A stretch of 64,000 bases of DNA, taken from the NCBI GenBank assembly GCA_965249275.1, contig CBDFLQ010000006.1, forward strand, positions 416,001 to 480,000. Direction: 5' to 3'. A model generated the notes under the pieces. That model was not told the origin of the DNA. It did no database searches and saw only the letters and a program-made list of their open reading frames with translations. A program made the translations under genes and the position numbers. Below are positions 58,521-64,000 of this stretch, piece after piece; within the stretch, counting starts at the first letter, position 1, and each line of letters starts with the position of its first letter. The DNA is from Dehalococcoidia bacterium (GTDB lineage: Bacteria; Chloroflexota; Dehalococcoidia; Plut-88900).

Positions 58521-58573
58521 TACAATTCCCTCCACCCGCAATTGCGCAGGAGCCTCTTCTTGCCCCCACCCCC

Positions 58574-59287
58574 CTAGTCCCTAATGTTGAAACCCCGATA
58601 CACTTCCGCATATTTCACGCCCCGCGGCTTTCCATTCTCACTCCGCCACATCCGCATGTACTTCTCGGCGTCCTCCGGCCTGACCTGGCTTCTGTGCTGC
58701 TTCAAAGCCTCGATAGCCGTTTCTATAGTGTCCGTCACGTCTATGACCGTGTTTGCATCTTCGCTCCGGTCCATAATCAGCAGTTGGGCAACCTTGTGAG
58801 GCTCGAAACCCTCGTCCAGAAGCCCGGGAAACGTGAGCCTGTCCCGGGCCGCCGGGTACACCGCCGACATCGTCGCTTCTCCCACCGCAATGTGGTCCGG
58901 GTGCCCGATATAGTCTCCGTGATCGAAGCTGCGTATCGGGCAGGGAGAGATGAGTATGTCCGGCCTGTGCCTTCTTATCTCTCTGGAAATGTCCTTGCGT
59001 AGCTCCAATGATGGGGTCAGCATGGCATCTTCGTAGTCCAGGAAAATCACATCCCTCACGCCCAACACGTCGGCAGCATCGCGTTGCTCCTGCCTTCTCA
59101 TCTCGGCGAGCTGCTGGTTATCTATCTCCGGGACGTCAGTTCCTTTATTCCCATTGGTGCATATGATGTAGACTACGTCCATTCCATCTCTGCACCACTT
59201 CGCCACCGTCCCCGAGCATCCCCACTCCGCATCGTCGGGATGTGCCACAATCACCATCCCCCGCTGAGGCTTGATATCGTCTTCCAT
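58574..59287 (-). CDS. PIG-L/LmbE-family deacetylase
   Basis: AHPDDAE, TNGNKG, RRQEQ, HPDH and HRSQ motifs. Confidence 0.93.
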   Translation of the reverse strand: MEDDIKPQRGMVIVAHPDDAEWGCSGTVAKWCRDGMDVVYIICTNGNKGTDVPEIDNQQLAEMRRQEQRDAADVLGVRDVIFLDYEDAMLTPSLELRKDISREIRRHRPDILISPCPIRSFDHGDYIGHPDHIAVGEATMSAVYPAARDRLTFPGLLDEGFEPHKVAQLLIMDRSEDANTVIDVTDTIETAIEALKQHRSQVRPEDAEKYMRMWRSENGKPRGVKYAEVYRGFNIRD

Positions 59288-59347
59288 GCTCCTTGTGCCC
59301 CTTACTTTCTTGGTTTTATGTTGAGTTTTTGGGCCGAAACCCGGCCT

Positions 59348-60097
59348 TCAACTGTATCGTTCTACCAGTTCCCTTACCAACAGCGTCAGGCCGGAAATGA
59401 TTATGACTGCAACCACCGCAAACCTCAACATCGATTCTTTCATTCTCCCGACCAACCGAGATGCTACCCAGAATCCGCCCAGGGTCGCGGGCAGAAGCAT
59501 CAGATTTAGCAGCCATCGTTCCCCGGTGTATATACCGAATATTACGTACAGGACGATTGCAAAAACTGCAACCGTAGAGTAGTAGACCGCTATCGTCACC
59601 CTGATCTTCCTCGCCCCCAAGCCCTGGTTGAACAAATGCCAGGCCACAATCGGAATACCGACACCCAACCCCGTCACCAGTGCTGCCCCCCCGAATCCGA
59701 ACGCCGCGTCTACTACCTTGGATTTTGGTATCGGAATCCTTCTCCGCGAAAGGCTCAGCGCTGCCAAAACGACTATTACTCCGCCAATTAGTATCTTCAG
59801 TGCCTCCGGAGCTAGGTTTTCCAGTACCAGAATCCCTACAGGTACTCCAGCCAGACCTGCAATCACTAGTGGCTTGGCCGACCCGGTGTCTACCTCCCCC
59901 CTCCCCTTCACCCCGATCATCGCCAACCCCACGAAGGATAGCGTGTTGACAGCCAGCACCACGGGCGGGGGATCTAGAACAAGCAGGAGCATCGGAGACA
60001 GCATCATCCCCATCCCAAACCCCACCAGCCCCGCCACCGCGGAGCTCAGAAACACCGCCGCCATCGCAAATGCCAGTTCCGGACCCGAGAGGAGCAT
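59348..60097 (-). CDS. TauE/SafE-family (TSUP) membrane protein
   Basis: GLVGFGMGMM N-terminal motif, GVPVG, about eight hydrophobic segments. Confidence 0.82.
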   Translation of the reverse strand: MLLSGPELAFAMAAVFLSSAVAGLVGFGMGMMLSPMLLLVLDPPPVVLAVNTLSFVGLAMIGVKGRGEVDTGSAKPLVIAGLAGVPVGILVLENLAPEALKILIGGVIVVLAALSLSRRRIPIPKSKVVDAAFGFGGAALVTGLGVGIPIVAWHLFNQGLGARKIRVTIAVYYSTVAVFAIVLYVIFGIYTGERWLLNLMLLPATLGGFWVASRLVGRMKESMLRFAVVAVIIISGLTLLVRELVERYS

Positions 60098-60175
60098 CAG
60101 TAGACCGGCCCTCTAAGGGAAGACCCTCTTTTGCAGGTTTCCACTTTCACCTCTCTCAGGTAGAATCCAATCACC

Positions 60176-61546
60176 ATGTCCACAGTCTTGACCAATGCCA
60201 CTATAGTCACCTCGAACCCCAACAGGGACATTCTGTACGATGCAGCCCTGGCCGTAGATGACGGACGTATCGTCGCCCTCGGCCCGACCCCCGACATCCT
60301 GTCCCAGTTCCCCAACGCCGAGATCGTTGACTGCCCAGGCAAGACCGTCTTCCCGGGACTCATCAACGCCCACACCCATCTCATGCGCACCGTGGGGCGG
60401 GGCATCCTCGAAGATACGGGTTACCCCAACACTCTGCAACATCCCCAGGATGTCCGTGAGATGCTTAGCCCCGACGAGACCCGCGCAATGGTCATGCTCG
60501 GCGCCTTGGAATCTATACGGAGCGGGTCCACCGGTCTCATCGAAATTAGCCGGAACACGGAGACATTTGCCCCTGCCTTGGAAACAACGGGACTCCGGCT
60601 TGTATTGGCCGAAGTAATGGAAGACCTCGACCCTGAGCCCGCAAAACTCGGCATCTATGAGTACTCTGACGACCGCAGAGAAGCGAGCATCCAAAGAGGC
60701 TCCGGCTTAGTCGAAAAGTGGAACGGATCCGCTGGAGGCCGCATAACCTGCTTCTTCGCTCCCGGCGGCCCTGAGTCCTGCTCTCCCCAACTCCTGCGTT
60801 CCGTCAGAGACATGGCCGAAAGCTATGATATCGGCTACACCATTCACCTCTGCCAGAGCATGGTCGAGATGAACGCCATCCGCCGCATCTACGGCGTGCG
60901 CCCCACCCACTACCTCTTCGCCAACGAGTTCCTCGGCCCCCGACTCCTCACCACCCACAATCGCTACGTCGATGATTCGGAAATAGCAATGCTCGGCGGC
61001 GCAGGCGTGAGCATATCCAACAACCCGGCCATCGCCGCCCGACGTGCTACAGCCGCCCCCGTCCTGGAGCTGCAAGCCGCCGGATGCAACGTCGCCATGG
61101 GCTCCGACAACATGACCCACGACATGGTCGAGGTACTGCGCTCCGGCGTCTTCTACGAAAGGGTGCGCCGTAACTCCCAGATGCATCCCATGCCCGAAGA
61201 CGTCCTCGAGTGGGCCACTATGGGTTCCGCCCGTGCCCTCCGCCTCGACCAAAAAGTCGGCTCCCTTGAACCGGGCAAACAAGCCGACCTCTTCATCATC
61301 AACTCCTCCCGCGCCCACCTCGTCCCCAACCTCAGAATCGTATCCGCGTTCGTCCACAACGGTCAGGCCGGCGACATAGAGTCCGTCATGGTAGATGGCC
61401 GGTGGCTAATGCGAGACCGCAAGGTTCTCACCATCGACGAGACCTCCGTAGTCGAAGCCGCCCAGGAAGTCGGCACCCGAGCCTGGCAACGCCTCCTCGA
61501 TCGCTACCCAGACGTCCCCTTCCCCTTCTCCCTCGTCCCAAACTAA
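60176..61546 (+). CDS. Amidohydrolase (MTA/SAH-deaminase-like fold)
   Basis: PGLINAHTH, IHLCQ, GSDN and GSLEPGKQAD motifs. Confidence 0.9.
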   Translation: MSTVLTNATIVTSNPNRDILYDAALAVDDGRIVALGPTPDILSQFPNAEIVDCPGKTVFPGLINAHTHLMRTVGRGILEDTGYPNTLQHPQDVREMLSPDETRAMVMLGALESIRSGSTGLIEISRNTETFAPALETTGLRLVLAEVMEDLDPEPAKLGIYEYSDDRREASIQRGSGLVEKWNGSAGGRITCFFAPGGPESCSPQLLRSVRDMAESYDIGYTIHLCQSMVEMNAIRRIYGVRPTHYLFANEFLGPRLLTTHNRYVDDSEIAMLGGAGVSISNNPAIAARRATAAPVLELQAAGCNVAMGSDNMTHDMVEVLRSGVFYERVRRNSQMHPMPEDVLEWATMGSARALRLDQKVGSLEPGKQADLFIINSSRAHLVPNLRIVSAFVHNGQAGDIESVMVDGRWLMRDRKVLTIDETSVVEAAQEVGTRAWQRLLDRYPDVPFPFSLVPN

Positions 61547-61584
61547 ATCCCTGCATGACCTTCCCCCCTCGAGGGTGGCGCATT

Positions 61585-61742
61585 CCGCTCGCCCTGAGCA
61601 GAGTCGAAGGGTCTCAAGAGCGGAATGGGCGGGGCGTCCCCCTCCCCCATGATGAGTCGCAGATACGCCGAGGCGTGACATTTGCAGAATCTGTGTTGGA
61701 GGGGCCGGGGCCGCTCGTGCTGAGCCCGTCGAAGTATGAGCG
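61585..61742 (+). repeat. Repeat cluster: type-B copies (empty) and a truncated type D with insertion
   Basis: CCGCTCGCCCTGAGCAGAGTCGAAGGG; CCCTCCCCCATGATGAG[61657-61677]; GGGGCCGGGGCCGCTCGTGCTGAGCCCGTCGAAGTATGAGCG. Confidence 0.82.
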
Positions 61743-61919
61743 GGGGGAGGAAATGTGGTTGTCAGAGCGGCAGATTTTGGTGTACCCCAAACGACGAAAA
61801 TATTTGGAGGAAAGTCGTACATTGTTCACCCTCGCCCCAACTCCGAACTAACCCCACCTTCTCGCGGACGCTATAATGGCCCTGCCGTGAGCCCTCTATC
61901 AGAATTCTAGGAGGCCAAT

Positions 61920-63449
61920 ATGCGTGTAAAGCCCCCATCCCTCGACGCCCTCTCCGAAATCGCAGAGTCCTATGGATTCGACCTTTCCGAAGAAGACTTG
62001 GAGTCCTTCCAGGGCCTCATCTCCCCAATAATGGCCTCCTATGAAAGGCTCGACCAGCTCCCTGAGCCCGCCTTGCCCGTAAAATACGCGAGAACTCCCG
62101 GACACCGCCCCTCCCCCGAGGACAACCCCCTCAACGCCTGGTACTGGCGCAGCGAGATCAAAGGCGCAGATTCCGGCCCACTGGCTGGCAAAACCGTAGC
62201 CATCAAGGACAACGTCTCCGTCGCAGGCGTTCCCATGATGAACGGCACCGCTGTGCTGGAGGGCTACGTCCCGAACTCCGACGCCACCGTCGTCACCCGC
62301 ATCCTCGACGCCGGAGGCACTATCCTCGGTAAGGCCGTCTGCGAAAGCATGTGCATCTCCGGCGGCAGCCACACCTCCGACACCGGCCCCGTCCGCAATC
62401 CATATGACCAGACCCGCAGCGCCGGGGGATCATCCAGTGGCAGCGCCGCCCTTGTCGGTTCGGGCGCAGTCGACATGGCCATAGGAGGTGACCAAGGCGG
62501 CTCCATCCGGATACCCGGATGCTGGTGTGGCATCTACGGCCTCAAGCCCACCCACGGCCTTGTCCCCTACACCGGAATCTTCCCCATTGAGATCACCCTC
62601 GACCACACCGGCCCCATGGCCCGTTCCGCCGCCGACTGCGCCCTCCTCCTGGAGGCCATCGCCGGCCCCGACGGCCTGGACCCGAGACAGAACGCCAACC
62701 TCCAAGCGCAAGCCTATACTCAACTCCTCACTGGAGACGTCTCCGGCCTCCGTATCAGCGTCCTGGAGGAGGGCTTTGGATTAGACGGTCTTTCGGAAGA
62801 AGATGTCGACGAAATGAATCGTCAGGCTGCGTCAGGTTTCGAAACCCTTGGCGCAAGCGTGACCAGAGTTTCCGTCCCTTGGCACAAGGACGGCGTCCAC
62901 GTTTGGAACGGCATCGGAATCGAGGGGCTCACCCTGCTGATGATCGCCGACAACGGCATGGGCACCAACTGGAAGGGCCACTATTCCACCGGTCTCCTCG
63001 ACGCATTTGCCCGTGGCCGCAGGACCCGCGCCAACGACTTCTCCGAGACCGTCAAGATGATCGTCCTCCTCGGCCAGTACCTCCACGACGACTATCACGG
63101 CAGGTACTATGCTAAGGCCCAGAACCTGGGCCGCAGCCTCAAGGCCGCTTACGACCAGGCTTTCCAAGACGTCGACCTCCTCCTTATGCCGACCCTCCCT
63201 CTCAAAGCCACCAAGATTCCCAGCCCCGACGCATCCCGGGAAGAATACGTCGCCCGAGCCCTCGAAATGATCCCCAACACTGCGCCCTTCGATGTCACGG
63301 GCCACCCCGCCATTACCGTCCCCTGTGGCATGTCGGAGGGACTGCCCGTGGGAATGATGCTGGTCGGTCGCACTGGCGAGGATGCTACAGTCCTCCAGGC
63401 CGCCGACGCCTTCCAACGCAACGTCTACTCCCCCGATTACCCGTCCTAA
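61920..63449 (+). CDS. Amidase-signature family amidase
   Basis: AIKDN, GGSSSGS and GDQGGSIRIP (Ser-cisSer-Lys triad). Confidence 0.95.
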   Translation: MRVKPPSLDALSEIAESYGFDLSEEDLESFQGLISPIMASYERLDQLPEPALPVKYARTPGHRPSPEDNPLNAWYWRSEIKGADSGPLAGKTVAIKDNVSVAGVPMMNGTAVLEGYVPNSDATVVTRILDAGGTILGKAVCESMCISGGSHTSDTGPVRNPYDQTRSAGGSSSGSAALVGSGAVDMAIGGDQGGSIRIPGCWCGIYGLKPTHGLVPYTGIFPIEITLDHTGPMARSAADCALLLEAIAGPDGLDPRQNANLQAQAYTQLLTGDVSGLRISVLEEGFGLDGLSEEDVDEMNRQAASGFETLGASVTRVSVPWHKDGVHVWNGIGIEGLTLLMIADNGMGTNWKGHYSTGLLDAFARGRRTRANDFSETVKMIVLLGQYLHDDYHGRYYAKAQNLGRSLKAAYDQAFQDVDLLLMPTLPLKATKIPSPDASREEYVARALEMIPNTAPFDVTGHPAITVPCGMSEGLPVGMMLVGRTGEDATVLQAADAFQRNVYSPDYPS

Positions 63450-63493
63450 CTCCCGACTCTTTTGCCCAAAGCCCAGTCCCGGCTACGTGAATA

Positions 63494-64000
63494 ATGGAGA
63501 TGAACGAAAGCCAACGTAGGCTCGCTGACGCCTATGCCATAAAGAACGAACGTCAGCTCGTGGAGCAGTACGACTCCTGGGCCACCGACTACGATGCCGA
63601 CCTCGCCGCCTGCGGCTATCGCATGCCTCCGGTCATCTGCGGCTTGGTCGTTAGGCATCTCCCCGACACAACAGCCCCAATCTTGGATGCCGGCTCGGGT
63701 ACGGGGATCCTCGGCGAGGCCCTCCACGTGCTCGGCTACTCAGACATCACCGCCATCGACCTCTCTGCCGGAATGCTGAAAGTGGCTGCGGGCAAGGGAA
63801 TCTACCGTGCCACCCGACAAATGACCCTCGGAGAGCCCCTGGATTTCCCCAATGGTTACTTTTCCGGGGTCGTTGCGATGGGAGTCCTAACCGTCGGGCA
63901 CGCTCCGCCATCGTCTTTGGATGAATTGGTAAGGATAACCAAGCCTGGCGGGACCATCGTATTCAGCATGCTCCACCAGGAGCCCGTGGAGACCGAGTTC
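63494..64000 (+). CDS. Class I SAM-dependent methyltransferase, truncated by the window edge
   Basis: Manual translation: ...QYDSWATDYDADL...PILDAGSGTG...AIDLSAGML...RITKPGG. Confidence 0.88.
   Translation, partial: MEMNESQRRLADAYAIKNERQLVEQYDSWATDYDADLAACGYRMPPVICGLVVRHLPDTTAPILDAGSGTGILGEALHVLGYSDITAIDLSAGMLKVAAGKGIYRATRQMTLGEPLDFPNGYFSGVVAMGVLTVGHAPPSSLDELVRITKPGGTIVFSMLHQEPVETEF

Overview
64-kb bacterial chromosomal window, GC-rich, with a + strand that looks C-rich throughout. The gene content is typical of Chloroflexota/Dehalococcoidia and most like SAR202 (an inference from five luciferase-like monooxygenases, many amidohydrolases and a translin-like gene). It holds a housekeeping block (translin-like, thiE, 2x FmdB, YraN, rnhB, mnmA, rsfS, ndk, tsaB, tsaE, thiL), an AT-richer ABC-ATPase + PIN pair, tRNA-Lys(CTT) and tRNA-Leu(TAG). 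It also holds Fe/B12-type and betaine-type ABC transporters, cytochrome P460 + cytochrome c, an AddAB-like helicase/nuclease pair, amtB, sulP, a VapBC-like TA pair, three tandem PTER-like hydrolases near a TauE exporter, and an amidase. The most unusual signals are non-coding. (1) A family of 21-22 nt hairpin micro-cassettes is inserted into three unrelated palindromic repeat families; filled and empty sites are both present, two cassettes are nested inside other cassettes, and all copies share one orientation. (2) A ~600-nt region between amtB and sulP has no credible ORF, a promoter upstream and dense base pairing, and looks like a large ncRNA; a possible smaller relative lies behind tRNA-Lys. 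All calls were made by eye from motifs; no database search or folding program was run.
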